Made by a program: the position numbers and the translations under genes
Part shown: positions 1 through 13,232 of the stretch, piece after piece
Position numbering within the stretch: the first letter of the stretch is position 1
Layout: each line of letters opens with the position of its first letter
Notes under the pieces: generated by a model
Told to the model about the DNA's origin: nothing
The model's database searches: none
The model's input: only the letters and a program-made list of their open reading frames with translations
Source: Heterodontus francisci
Taxonomy: Eukaryota
Assembly: GCF_036365525.1 (NCBI RefSeq)
Contig: NC_090399.1
Coordinates: 31,900,430 to 31,964,429 of the forward strand
Direction of reading: 5' to 3'
DNA length: 64,000 nucleotides

Positions 1-125
1 GAACTTAAAATGATAGTTTTAGATAGCAACTGCAAGTCCATGTTTAACGGATGTTAATTGCGTCGCATTATTATGCCTGCAAATTTATTTTGGCAGCGAG
101 AAGTATATCAATTTACTTTAATAAT

Positions 126-1067
126 TCTTTTTCTTTTCTTTCTTTCTTTTCTTTTGGGCCTCCTTATCTCGAGAGACAATGGATACGCGCCTGGAGGTGG
201 TCAGTGGTTTGTGAAGCAGCGCCTGCAGTGGCTATAAAGGCCAATTCTGGAGTGACAGGCTCTTCCACAGGTGCTGCAGAGAAATTTGTTTGTTGGGGCT
301 GTTGCACAGTTGGCTCTCCCCTTGCGCCTCTGTCTTTTTTCCTGCCAACTACTAAGTCTCTTCGACTCGCCACAATTTAGCCCTGTCTTTATGGCTGCCC
401 GCCAGCTCTGGCGAATGCTGGCGACTGACTCCCATGACTTGTGATCAATGTCACACGATTTCATGTCGCGTTTGCAGACGTCTTTATAACGGAGACATGG
501 ACGGCCGGTGGGTCTGATACCAGTGGCGAGCTCGCTGTACAATGTGTCTTTGGGGATCCTGCCATCTTCCATGCGGCTCACATGGCCAAGCCATCTCAAG
601 CGCCGCTGACTCAGTAGTGTGTATAAGCTGGGGGTGTTGGCCGCTTCAAGGACTTCTGTGTTGGAGATATAGTCCTGCCACCTGATGCCAAGTATTCTCC
701 GAAGGCAGCGAAGATGGAATGAATTGAGACGTCGCTCTTGGCTGGCATACGTTGTTCAGGCCTCGCTGCCGTAGAGCAAGGTACTGAGGACACAGGCCTG
801 ATACACTCGGACTTTTGTGTTCCGTGTCAGTGCGCCATTTTCCCACACTCTCTTGGCCAGTCTGGACATAGCAGTGGAAGCCTTACCCATGCGCTTGTTG
901 ATTTCTGCATCTAGAGACAGGTTACTGGTGATAGTTGAGCCTAGGTAGGTGAACTCTTGAACCACTTATAGAGCGTGGTCGCCAATATTGATGGATGGAG
1001 CATTTCTGACATCCTGCCCCATGATGTTCGTTTTCTTGAGGCTGATGGTTAGGCCAAATTCATTGCA
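126..1067 (-). mobile_element. 5'-truncated RTE-clade LINE (RT C-terminus + zinc finger) in C4 intron 2
   Basis: ORFs with FTYLGS, RWLGHVSRM and CSTCGRACHSRIGLYSH. It has an (AAGA)n tail and the target-site duplication TTTAATAAT at 117-125 and 1068-1076. Confidence 0.92.
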
Positions 1068-1418
1068 TTTAATAATATTGCTAAACATTTAGAACAAAGC
1101 TTATGGTGCTGCCCAGTGCAGCACTGCATACATTACTTTTAGAAATTCAAGAATCTTTACACAGTGGTTTTCGGAGAAGTGATGGACGCCGTAGACATCA
1201 AGCTTTCCAAGTATGTAACTATTTTCCATTGCTTCATTTTTCACTGGTGTATTATTTCTTTACATACGAAGAAAGAGTAACATTATCACATTGTCACAAC
1301 CAGGGACTTTGTAATGCAGCTCAAGTGTGCGCTTTGATAAAAGATTTCACTACAATCACCAAGTGACAGATGTCGTTGCACTTCACTTTATGCAGCCGCT
1401 CACGTTGGTGCTGCTTAC

Positions 1419-1611
1419 CATTATATCTTTAATTTGCTGGTAGTTATTCTCGGCCTTTAGTTCAAAAACAACGGCGTCTGAACACCGCTTGTTCGTTACA
1501 GCATCGAATAAAGAAACGTTGAAACGGACAGGATTTTCTGCTCCCTCTAACTGAATGGCGACGCTCTCTTTCACCCCGACGTGAATAATGTTGGGGGCCG
1601 TAATTAAGTAG
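1419..1611 (-). CDS. C4: Complement C4, coding exon 2 (start of MG1 domain: SYLITAPNIIHVGVKESVAIQLEGAENPVRFNVSLFDAVTNKRCSDAVVFELKAENNYQQIKDIM); the gene continues beyond the left edge
   Basis: ccttcccag acceptor and GTAAGC donor, 193 nt, phase 2->0. The sequence is thioester-protein MG1-like. IHVGVKESVAIQL and the Cys in KRCSDAVVFEL match the mammalian C4 pattern (VHLGVPLSVGVQL...PCSPKVDFTL) better than C3/C5. Confidence 0.85.
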
Positions 1612-2769
1612 CTGGGAAGGTGAAAAAGTCATAGCATATTTTACTCAATATACAATGTGGAACTCTTCACTGAAGAACACACATATACACAGAGAATTCT
1701 GGCGGTGAATTTCCACAAGTGTTCTCCACATTGGTAACCGTTTTGTGGAGTTTCCATGACTCTTCGACCTGAGTTATGACAGAAGATTGTGAGAAGTCCC
1801 ACGGGAACTTACCCCCATATTTGCCATCCGCTCCGTTTCAAGTTCTGCCTCTGCGGAGCTGGGCGATCAGTAAAACTCGGATCACCTGACCGTCTACTAC
1901 CTTGTACAAATTTCCATCTCAGACTGGTAACTGCAGGATGAGGTGGAATATAACAACGGGTATGAGGGATGGTGGAACGTCACTGTCCTAAATGTGGTTG
2001 TCTTTGGTCAAGCTATGTTTTAATGAGCCCGGATCAAAACCGAGTTGCAATAAATCCACATTGCCATTGCTATGAATCAATGAGGAAATTATAACACAAT
2101 TCGCTCTTAAAACTGTCAGGATCGCAAGCAACGCTGTTTTTAAAGTCCAGCCAGCTTTATGCCTCTGTTCCCACTAATAAGGGGGAAATGATCGAGAACA
2201 AAAGGCATTTAGGCTAATCCTAGTACTCAAATTCGATTGCAGCTGAGATTTGCTAAATCAGCAAAAGGAACAAAGGAAAGTCCTGCATTTATTTTGTCCC
2301 GGATCTTGCGGTTACCATAGCGGCGAACAATAAAAATATGGCCGCTACTGAGGGCTACAATAGCTCGCAACTTCCAGGAGCTCACTGACGCTCGAATCCA
2401 CAATTGAGGTTTGTCTTAATGGGCTCCAAGGCAGTGCAAGTTGATGGTCCCACTGGGACCTGTTTATTGGGGGAGCTGGGGCTGATTGACCTGTACTTAC
2501 ACCCACTATTTACTTTGATTTATTGAGGGAGTTTCCAGCTCAGGAGTACAGCCCGACAACTCAACAGAAGTGGGAAAACATTCCGCCTCATCCCTGGCTC
2601 CCTCCTCCCCCGGCAACCGCGTCTCCCCACTACCCCTGGTTACTCCCCTTCCCCACCGTTTCCATGTACCCTCGGCTCTCCCAGCCCTTCTCCGACATCG
2701 GCGCGAATGAGGAGCCGGGGCGGAGAGCAACCGGCTATGCAGGGAGAGGAGAGCCAGGGGTCCTGGGGA

Positions 2770-3200
2770 AGAAAACACAGGGGTACCGGGGCGGGAGACA
2801 CCGCGGGTGCCAGGGGAGACACACAGGGTGCCGTGGGCGGGAGGTGAGGGCACACCGGGAGTGCCGGGGAGACACCGGAAGAGCCAGGGGAGACACGACG
2901 GGTGCCAGGGACGACACCGGGAGTGCCAGGGGAAACACACAGGGTGCCGGGCGGGGAGGGGGTGGGGGTGACACCGGGAGTGCCGGGGAGGCACCGGCAG
3001 AGCCAGGGAGACATGAGGGATGAGAGCGGAGACACCGGGAGTGCCGCAGAAGACAATGGGACTGCTGGGGATACTCTGGGGATGCCGGTGAGTGCTGATG
3101 GAGACACCGGGATTGCCGAGGGATATATTGGGGATGACTGGGGAGATACCGGGAGTGCCGGGGGATACACGGAGGGTGCCGGGCTGATCGGGAGACCTCG
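2770..3200. repeat. GC-rich minisatellite (~20-bp GGGAGACACCGGGAGTGCC-like units) in C4 intron 1
   Basis: Repeated degenerate units, which also explain the overlapping Pro/Gly-rich ORFs on both strands. Confidence 0.8.
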
Positions 3201-3912
3201 GAGTTACAGGGGTGGGCAGAGGGGAAACACTGGTGTGCCTGCAGCGGGGAGAACAAACTCCCCCTGAGGCCGGAAGTGGAACTGCCCCCTGCAGCCAGGA
3301 GGGAAACTGCCCCTGTAGCTGAGAGAGAAACTGCCCTCTGCAGCCCAGGCAAAAGGCCGGCAGGGAGTTTGAAACACAGTCAGCAGGGTCCGCCTCCGCG
3401 TCACCGCTGACCACAAAATCCGGGCCCTCGTTTCTTGTCAGGAACTTCGAACCTCAGAACCGGCCAATGAAATAATTTTGAAGTGCTGTCACCGCTTTGT
3501 TGCAGAAAAGGGCAGCAGTCAATTTTCCTACAAAATTCCTCAAACAGCAATTAAATAAAGAACTGTATAAGCTGTTCCAGTGCTGTTGGTTGAGGGGTGG
3601 ATCTTGGCCGGCCTGGACACGGGGAGAACTCACCCGGTCTTCCTCGAATATTACCCTGGGATCATTTCTATCCAGCTACTAGGGCGGTTTAAACTCTCGC
3701 CTTAAAATCTACTCATTCGCACAATGAAACAACCCACTATCCTGTACTTATTCGGGAAGGCATAGATTAGAGATTGTGTCTGTCGGCAAATTTATTTAGC
3801 GCCGTTAAAAATGTTTTTTTTTAAGGGTGAAAGTAACTCATATTTACGTTGTTCTCTTTCCTGTGCGCTTAGAAAGCAGCTGTAAGGAACTAACATTGCA
3901 CAGCATACTTAC

Positions 3913-3977
3913 GATGGTGTTTGCTCGGCAGCAGATATAACCACAGAGAACCATAGAAGGAGGACCAGTGGTCCCAT
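3913..3977 (-). CDS. C4: Complement C4, coding exon 1 (signal peptide MGPLVLLLWFSVVISAAEQTP+TC)
   Basis: ATG at 3977, hydrophobic leader, GTAAGT donor after 3913. The 65-nt phase-2 exon joins in frame to exon 2. Confidence 0.85.
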
Positions 3978-4019
3978 TGCTGGGAATAATGGCCTACTCT
4001 CTGCAGCTAAGAACAAGCT

Positions 4020-4167
4020 AGGTCAATGGTCTTTTTGTGTCAGCCTGACTGTGCTGCGGAACAATCCTCCGCGACTTTTTGTAGATGTATTTGTGCAATA
4101 ATATTGATTTTAAAGTTACTCATTCACCTAATGCATGTCTCAGTGACAGCGCGTGAGCAAAGTCAAC
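4020..4167. promoter_or_regulatory. Putative C4 proximal promoter with liver-type motifs
   Basis: AGGTCAaTGGTCT DR1-like site (4020-4032), TTGTGCAAT C/EBP-like site (~4091-4099) and CAAAGTCA HNF4-like site (~4158-4165), all just upstream of the C4 ATG. These are motif matches only. Confidence 0.4.
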
Positions 4168-4374
4168 TCTACATTTCTTTTCAGTTCTTTTTTCTCATAC
4201 GCTGCCCATAATACTTATTGGGATTGCCTCGGATCTTTAGCCAAAGTTATAAAAGGCAACTGGGCGATCCTTGGGGAAATTCAACCCCTGTCAGTTCAGT
4301 ATTAAAAAAATATAAATCTGTTCCTCCGTATTGTCCTAGATGACGATTCGGCTTTCCATTGACAGCGCATCTAT

Positions 4375-5040
4375 CATAGAATCATAGAATGGTTACAGCA
4401 CAGAAGAAGACCATTCGGCCCATCGTGCCCATGTTGGCTCTCTGCAAGAGCAATTCAGCTAGTCCCACTCTCCTGCCCTTCCCATATAGCCCTGCAAATG
4501 ATTTTTTCTCTTCATGTCCTTATCTAGTTCCCCTTTGAAAGCCCCTGAATCTACCTGTGCCACACTCTCAGAGAGTGCATTCCAGATCATAGCCACTCAC
4601 TGCATAAAAAAGTCGCGTCTGGTTATTTTGTCATCGGTGTCCTCTGGTTCTCGACTCTGCTACCACAGGGAACAGTTTCTCCCTAGCTACTCTGTCTAAG
4701 CCCCTCATGATTTTGAACACCTCTACCAAATCTCCTCTCAGCCTTCACTACCCTCAGAGGAACAATCTCAGTTTCTTCTATCCAGCCAGTTAGCTGATAT
4801 CCTTCATCCCTAGAATCATTCTCATAGATCTTTTCTGCGCCCTCTCCAAAGGAGCATCTTCCGAAAGCTCAGTGCCCGGAATTGGATGCAATACTTCAGT
4901 TGAAGTCGAACCAATGTTTCATAAAGATTCATCATAACTTCCTTGCTGTTGTACTCTATGCCTCTGTTTATTAAAACTCAGGATCCCATGTGCCATTTTC
5001 AACCACTTTCTCAACCTGCACTGCCACGTTCAATGATTCT
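4375..5040 (-). mobile_element. Degenerate CR1 LINE 3' fragment
   Basis: ATCATAGA tail repeats, ggccattcggccc end, similar to other CR1 copies in the window. Confidence 0.75.
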
Positions 5041-5436
5041 CATACAGTATAAATTTGCTGTTTCCCTCACATTGTTATGCTTGTGGATTGTCCTGATGAG
5101 TGGAAGACGAAAAGCTTCGACAACATGTCTCCATATTCAGTGATACTCAATTTTGTACAACCAAACGACTACTCAGCTTATTTCACTTATTTGACTCCTG
5201 TTGATTGATCTTGCTGCGTTCAATTGACTGCCACATTTAACTACAGGAGAACAATAACCACACTTCAAATGTGTTTAATTAGCTGCAAAGCACTTCAGGA
5301 CGTGCTGAAGTCGTGAAAGATGCCATGTTTGTGTTAGCTTTTCCTTGATATTTATTGTTTCTTTCACCAACTCATCCATGTAACAGGCCTCCTTTGCACA
5401 ATAAGGCGCAGTCTCAACTTCAGTCCCTGGTCACAA

Positions 5437-5642
5437 AGAAAAGCAAGAAATGCCTGAAATATTCAGCATGTCTGGCAGCATCTGTGGAAAGAGAAACAGA
5501 GTTAACAGAACTGATGAACGGTCACTGACCTGAAATGTTAACTCTGCTTCTCTCTCCACAGATGCTGCCAGACCTGATGAGTATTTCCAGCATTTCCTGT
5601 TTTTGTTTCAGATTTCGAACATCTGCAGTAGTTTGCTTTTTA
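5437..5642. mobile_element. Penelope-like pseudo-LTR inverted pair (hairpin) around a hammerhead-like core
   Basis: The arms ...gtctggcagcatctgtggaaagagaaacagagttaaca / tgttaactctgcttctctctccacagatgctgccagac... are reverse complements. The same unit flanks the GIY-YIG fragment at 47060-48070. Confidence 0.65.
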
Positions 5643-6379
5643 TTTCAATCCCTAGTCTGTCGTGTCCAACATCTTTGATTAGAAATCGATATCTGATTGA
5701 AATGTAATGATAATAATAATATATTTTATTTGTAATCATTTTTTAATTTGAGACCAATGACTAGGTCACAACTAACAATGCAAAAATTATATTTTGTTAG
5801 AATGTTCAGTGTAATGTGTGAAAAGGCACAGAAAAGCGGTGAACCGCACATTATGACAATCACAGGGAGAAACTATTTCGGCCTCATAGGAAGCAAGCAA
5901 CAGGGTTTTCGAGAGTTCGAGGTTGAGTTGCGTTAATAAGTAACTTGGTATTTTCAGAAATCACCTGAATCACTGCCAGTGTGTGGCAAGTAAGTAGCAG
6001 ACGGCCCTCTCTTGAAACCTTACAGTTAATGTCAACAAAGTATTAGGTAGCATTTGCCTAGCGAAATGTAAATGATCGCGTTATCACTTGCTTAAAAACG
6101 CAGAATTGATGGACAATTATTCCAAAACATAAAATTGTACATCACGACCGACTTTCTTAATTCTGCAATTTCGTTATAAATTCGTGTCATTAATGTGTTT
6201 TTTTTTTGTGGTGCCAGATTAAAACAGAAAATGTTACATGAGAAAATCTTAATTTAAAAGAGGATCAAAGGCATTCGTCTATCATGGATGATATGATAAA
6301 ATATTCCACTGAACTCAGAGGTTTTCTGGTGCAGAGATGGAGAGAACAATTCTTGTGGAGGACCACAGATTAAATTTGT

Positions 6380-6960
6380 ATGGGAGAGATTTCCCCCAAA
6401 TGCCTCATTAAACCCCTACAAAACACTGGTTTGGCATCAACTGGAGTTCTAGGCATCACACTTTCGGAAGGACGTGATGGCATTAGAGAGGGTGCAGCAA
6501 ATATTCATGACAGTGGTTCCAAAGATGAGGAACTTTGATTATGTGGATAGATCGGAGAAGCTCCATTACTCCCCTTGGAGAAGAGAATGTTAAGAGCAGA
6601 TTTGATAGAGGCACTCAAAATCATGAGGGGTCTAGACAGAGTACATAGGGAGAAACTGTTCCCATTGGTGGAAGGATCCAGAACCAGAGGAAACCAAGTT
6701 AAGGTGATTGGCAAGAGAAGCAAAGTGACATGAGGAAAAATGCTTATACGCAGCAAATGCACTTCCTGAGGTTGTGATAGAGGTAGATTCAGTCTAGGCC
6801 TTCAAAAGAGAACTGGGTAATTACCTGAAGAGGAAAAAAAAAGTCAGGGCTACTGGGGAAAGGCAGGGGAGTGGAACTAGGTGAGTTCCTCTTGCAGAGA
6901 GCTGGTACAGACACGACGGGCTGAATGACCTACTTCTGCGTTGTAACCAGTTCATGGTTC
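6380..6960 (+). mobile_element. Degenerate CR1 LINE 3' fragment
   Basis: LERVQ...LEKRMLRADLIEALKIMRGLDRV-like remnants. Confidence 0.75.
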
Positions 6961-7199
6961 TAAGATCTCTGGAAATTAAAGACTCTTTTCACTTTTGGGA
7001 ATTGTGAATTTCGAGTCAGTTACTGGAAAAATGAGACTGAGTAATTTCACAATATTTGCTGCTGACCGATGTGTGAGGTGCAGAAGCAGAACATTTGCCA
7101 TTGGTAAATAGAAGGGAGGGTCAATGATCGTATTTGCTTACATGATTTGTGAGAAACACTGGTAAACAGCCAACATGGATCACACTTCCACTCTGCAGC

Positions 7200-7620
7200 A
7201 GCAGCTACCATAAACAACCCCTCCATAAACATTCACTCCCTCCACTACCAACGCGCAGCGGCAGCCGTATGTACAATCTACAAAATGCACTGCAGCAATT
7301 CAACAAAGCTCTTTAGACAGTACCTCCAAACCCGCGACCTCTACCACCAAGAAGGACAAGAGCAGCAGATGCACGGGAATGTCACTACCTGCAAATACCC
7401 CTCCAAGCCACACACTATCCTGACTTAGGAGTGTATCGCCATTCCTTCACTGTCACTGGGTCAAAATCCGGGAACTCCCTGTGGGTGCATGTACCCAGCC
7501 CACATTCACTGCAGCGGTTCCATAAGGCGGATCACCACCACCTTCTCAAGGGCAGTTAGGGATGGGTAATAAATACTGGCCTAGCCAGCGATGCCCACTT
7601 CCCATGAACGAATAAAAAAA
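7200..7620 (+). mobile_element. 3' end of a second CR1-group LINE family
   Basis: Matches copies at 27755-28670, 29460-29765, 36830-38300 and 58100-58350 (cttctcaagggcaattagggatggg tail). Confidence 0.75.
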
Positions 7621-8079
7621 CACAAGCAAAATGTGTTCCACTCGTCTAAGGAGGAATATCAATTCAGGTAGTGTGTGGCTAATTTTAACTTTGGGGGTTA
7701 GTATAAAATAGGAGATGTCGGTTGGTGGCTGATTATAAACGCCCCTGAATTTCCCCTTCAATTGACTTCAACTCAAGCAAAACTTTCCTGTGATGTAGAA
7801 TGGATGGCGAATTCAATAATGGCCATTTTAAATAATTGCTCCATTATTTTAAGGTAGTGCTAGTTCCGAGGACTACCTTCAGTGGCAAATGGATAATCTC
7901 TCACACACCTGTAAAGAGTTTGATTTGACTATCAGCATTAGGAAGATGAATGCCAGGGTCCAGGAGGTTGGCAGGAGGTCGCCATCAATCAGCATTGATA
8001 ATGTGACACTAGGCTTGTATCTGCTGGAGTTCCGAAGATTAAGAGGTGATTTGATTGAAATAGGATACAATATGCCTAG

Positions 8080-10300
8080 CCTTTCCAACCTTTCTTTACA
8101 AGACAACCAGCCCATTCCAGTTATTCGTCTAGTAGATCTTCTCTGAACTGCTTCCAACGCATTTACATTCTTCCTTAAATAAGGAGTCCAATACTGGACA
8201 CAGTATTCCAGATGTAGTCTCAGCAATGTCCTATATAACTGAAGCGTAACGTCCCTACCTTTGTATTCAATTCCCCTCACAATAAATGATAACATTCAAT
8301 TAGCTTTCCTAATTACTTACCGTACCTGCATACTAACCTTTTGTAATTCATGCACTCTGACACCCAGTTCCCTATGCATCTCAGAGCTGCACTGGAAGAC
8401 CAGCAGGTTTCGGGGAGACCAAATCCACCAAGTTGCTGATCCTCCCGCATGAGATGATGCTTATCTCAGTGTGCATCCCTGGGCATAGTGCATAGAGCAC
8501 TGACTCCTCCTGCATTATGGAGCAACTCGAACCTTGGCAAAAAGCATTGCATCTCTTTCCAGACATACTTTTCAAAGGCACATGCTTTATATGCTTTATT
8601 ATATGCTCTTTCAACCTGCCCTAGCATCTTAAATGACTTATGCACTTATACACTCTGGTCCCTCTGCTCCTGCACCCCCTTTAGCATTGTACTGTTTATC
8701 TTATATTGTCTCTCCATGTTCTTCCCACCAAAATGAATCACTTCACATTTATCCGCATTGAACTTCATCTGCCACTTGTCCACGCATACCATTAACTTGT
8801 TTATGTCCTTTTGAAGTTCTACATTATCCTCACTACAGTTCACAATGCTTTCAAATCTCGTATCATCCACAAATTTTGAAAGTGTTCCCTGTAAACCAAA
8901 GTCTAAGTCATTCATATAGAACCAGGAAAAGCAAGGGTCCTCAGACTGACCCCTGGGGAACTCCACTACAAACTTTCCTCCAGCCCGAAAAACATCCGTT
9001 AATCACTACTCTCTGTTTCCCATCACAGGTTCAATTTCATATCCATGTTGCTACTATCCTTTTTATTCCATGTGCTATAACGTTGTTCACAAGTCTGTTG
9101 TGCAGTACTACATCAAATGCCTTCTGGAAGTCCATGTACATCACATCGACGGCATTGCCCTCATCAACCCACTCTGTAACCTCTTCAAAAACTCCAGCAA
9201 GTTAGTTAAATATAATTTTTCCTTGACAAATCCATGTTGGTTTTCCTTAATTAACCCGTATTTGTCCATGTAACTATTAATTTTGTCCTGAATTATTGTT
9301 TCTAGAAGTTTTCCCACCATTGAAGTTAATCTGACTGGCCTGCAGTTGCTGGGATTATCTTTACACCCTTTTTGAACAAGGATGTAACGTTTACAATTCT
9401 CCAGTTGTCTGGCACCACTCCTGAGTCTATGGAAGGCTGGAAAATCATGGCCAGTGCTTCCACAATTTGCACTCTCCCATCCTTCAGTATCCTTGGATGC
9501 ATCTCATCCGGTCCTGGTGCTTTATCAACTTTAAGTACAGACTACCTATCTAACGCCTCCTCTTTATCAATTTTAAATTCTTCTTGTATATTAATTCCTT
9601 TTGTTTCACCGTGGCCTGATGCAAAGTGTTCATTTAGCACCTCAGCTATTCCCCCTGCCTCCATGTGTAAATACCCCTTGTCATACAGGGCCCACCTGCC
9701 AAGAATGATGCATATTAATTTTGCCACATGAACATTGATTTTAAACTGTTACTGGAGTAAAGAAAGAACTTGCTTTAAAAAAAACAGACCCTTGACTGAA
9801 AAGACTTTTGCCTATTTACAGACAGTGCTTAAAAGGGACAAAATACCCTTCCCTGATACATTCAATCCACAATGGACTTTTGATTACTAGACGTTGAAGG
9901 TGGAGGAGCTAGCATTCCAGGTTAACTGCTAAGATGGCCGAATACACAACGGACCAGTTTGGCTGTTGCAGGTTTCTTTGAACAGAGAGTTTTAAATTGG
10001 CGACTGAGAATTTGAACTCAGAAAGCTCCTGGCTACTGGATTGAGAACATCTCTCTCCTGTCCACTCTCATCGCTTTCTCACCAGCTTCGGAATCTACTG
10101 AAGACACAGGAACCCCAAGAGAGAAAAGTTCCTACAGTGAACAAGGTTTGAAAGAATGCTGGGCCCCAACGAAAAGCAATTTTTTCAGCCCAGATCCGTT
10201 CTTCGCCCGTTGAGGTTGCTTTCCCCCAGTTAATTTTCTTGCTCTTGTCCTTTTCCATAGCCAACCTAAACTTTATGACACCAATGATCACTGGATCACG
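8080..10300 (-). mobile_element. Fragmented CR1 LINE ORF2 (RT)
   Basis: SKFVDDT, KWQMKFNADKCEVIHFG and LEYCVQYWTPYL motifs, with several frameshifts and insertions. Confidence 0.85.
9680..10180 (+). mobile_element. Partial LTR related to the Gypsy LTRs at 45834/50856, inserted in a CR1 fragment
   Basis: cctgccaaga...ccacatgaacatt and gggccc..acgaa motifs shared with the LTR at 45834-46620. Confidence 0.5.
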
Positions 10301-11664
10301 GATGTACTCATGGAGGTACTTGCAGAGTAGCAGACCTGACATGAACCTTCGTAACCTGAAGATTCTGCACTGAATGCATGTTAATGAAGAAATGCAAAAA
10401 CAAAGAAATCCTTATGCAAATATTAAAGGTCTTGAAAAATGGTGAATAGAAAAAGGGCTTTAATTGTGGTCATTTCAATTAATTATGGGCAAGAAAAATC
10501 TCAGGGAGTTATTTACACCATAATGCCCCTCCCATCCTGCTGAAGGAGCTGGTTTACAGTTTTCCTATTGCTCCACAGGTGGTAGCCCTTAGCTGTTGCA
10601 CAAGTGACTACCATCACCAATGAATTCAGACAGTAATTCACGGAAAAGAGGACTTTCCCTGCCGAATACTGTGCATCAACACAAATCTGTTCACAGACCT
10701 CGAATCTGCGTTGGTTCTTTTTTGCAGCGATTCAGACAAGGCAGAAATTCTGGATTTATCTAACGCTAGTGCAATTGCACTTAATTTGACAGCTAATTGC
10801 TGAGATATGTATTGGTATTTTTCTGTTTGCGTAAATAGGTCATATCACCAGACCGGAAGTAATGCTGTTCATCACAGGAACTTTGCTTTAACTTGTGGCA
10901 ATATTCGGAATCAAGTTTGGGGACACCATCGTCCATTTTGCAATATTAATTTCCATCATTGCTTTCTTCATAAGCGTCATGTTTCTGATATTAATGATGC
11001 CAATTTTAAAGCTGCCATTGAAAACACTGGGAAGCTTAAAGATTCGCTTGGCTCAACGTTGTCCCTGATAACCCCAAACCAGAGAAGGTTGAGGGTTCAA
11101 ATCCCACCCCAGTAACTTGGTCACGTAATCCAGATTGGCATTTCAGCGTCATCCATTGGTAGTGCTGCACTGTGGATGTTTCGCCCTTCAAATGGGACAT
11201 TCTACCCTATCAGCTGGCGGCAATTTATGTCTTGGCTCCATTTGAATAAGACAAGTGAATCAGGACATTTTAGAAATCCTGATCATCACTATACAAAGGC
11301 AACATCTTTCTTAAATTTGAATTTATAATGGACACTTAGAGAATTCCAAGCAGTGAGAGATGGTTTCCTCCCACGTCAGGATGTTTGTGCCCTGGAAATC
11401 TTTTGAGTTATAATGTCACAAATGCGTTGATTTTCCCCGTTGCATTACTGCAGCCCGTATAGAGAAATGATACGGAATTATAAAAGTGTGATCCTACCCC
11501 TGCCAATTGTAAAAATAAATGGCCCATGGAGTTGTGGCGAAGCTCGATATACCGATTTAGAGCTGGTTAGATGAATACTTGAACATGAAACATTTTCCTA
11601 CTTTTGGCACTCAGCTTTAGTAATGAACTTGCCCCAGCGCACGACAAATGCAATTGACCGTACC

Positions 11665-13232
11665 CTAGCATTAAAGTAGATATTTCTTCAGGGCCTGATG
11701 GGATCTACCCCAGAATACTGAGGGAGGCAAGGGAAGAGATTGCTGGGGCCTTGACAGAAATCTTTGCATCCTCATTGGCTACAGGTGAGGTCCCAGAGGA
11801 CTGGAGAATAGCCAATGTTGTTCCTTTGTTTAAGAAGAGTAGCAAGGATAATTCAGGAAATTAGAGGCCGGTGGTAGGGAAATTATTAGAGAGGATTCTT
11901 CGGGACAGGATTTACTCCCATTTGGAAACAAACAAACTTATTAGCGAGAAGCAGCATGGTTTTGTGAAGGGGAGGTCGTGCCTCACTAATTTGATTGAGT
12001 TTTGTGAGGAAGTGACAAAGATGATTGATGAAGGAAGGGCAATGGATGTTATCTATATGGACTTCAGTAAAGCCTTTGACAAGGTCCCTCATGGCAGACT
12101 GGTACAAAAGGTGAAGTCACACGGGATCAGAGGGGAGCTGGCAAGATGGGTACAGAACTGGCTCAGTCATAGAAGACAGAGGGTAGCAGTGGAAGGGTGC
12201 TTTTCTGAATGGAGGGATGTGACTAGTGGGTGTTCTGCAGGGATCTGTGCTGGGACCTTTGCTCTTTGTAGTATATATAAATGATTTGGAGGAAAATGTA
12301 GCTGGTCTGATTAGTAAGTTTGCGGACGACACAAAGGTTGGTGGAGTTGCGGATAGTGACGAGGATTGTCAGAGGATACAGTAGGATATAGATCGGTTGG
12401 AGACTTGGGCGGAAAATGGCAGATGGAGTTTATCCGGACAAATGAGAGGTAATGCATTTTGGAAGGTCTAATGCAGGTGAGAGGTATACAGTAAATGGCA
12501 GAACCCTTAGGAGTATTGACAGGCAGAGAGATCTGGGTGTACAGGTCCACAGGTCACTGAAAGTGTCAATGCAGGTGGATAAGCTAGTCAAGAAGGCATA
12601 TGGCATGCTTGCCTTCATTGGACGGCGAATAGAGTATAAAAATTGGCAAGTCATGCTGCAGCTGTACAGAATTTTAGTTAGGCACTTAGAATATTGAGTG
12701 CAATTCTGGTCGCCACACTACCAGAAGGATGTGGCGGCTTTGAAGAGGGTACAGAAGAGGTTTACCAGGATGTTGCCTGGTCTGGAGGGCATTAGCTATG
12801 AGGAGAGGTTGGATAAACTCGGATTGTTTTCACTAGAACGACGGAAGTGGAGGGGCGACATGATAGAGGTTTACAAAGTTATGAGCAGCATGGACAGAGT
12901 GGATAGTCAGAAGCTTTTTCCCAGGGTGGAAGAGTCAGTTACTAGGGGGTATAGGTTTAAGGTGCGAGGGGCAAAGTTTAGAGGGGATGTGCGAGGCAAG
13001 TTCTTTGCACAGAGGGTGGTGAGTGCCTGGAACTTGCTGCCTGGGGAGGTGGTGGAAGCAGGTACGAATGCGACGTTTAAGAGGCATCTTGACAAATACA
13101 TGAATAGGATGGGAATAGAGGGATACGGTCCCCGGAAGTGCAAAAGGTTTTGGTTTAGGCAGGCATCAAGATCGGCGCAGGCTTGGAGGGCCGAATGGCC
13201 TGTTCCTGTGCTGTACTGTTCTTTGTTCTTTA
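11665..13232 (+). mobile_element. 5'-truncated, fairly young CR1 (HER1-like) LINE
   Basis: QHGFVKGRSCLTNLIEF, YMDFSKAFDKVPH and KFADDT motifs, few frameshifts, ttctttg tail. Confidence 0.92.

Noticed and set aside
2506-3414. 302-aa Pro-rich ORF and overlapping ORFs
   Set aside because: Produced by a GC-rich minisatellite lacking stops in several frames, inside C4 intron 1.
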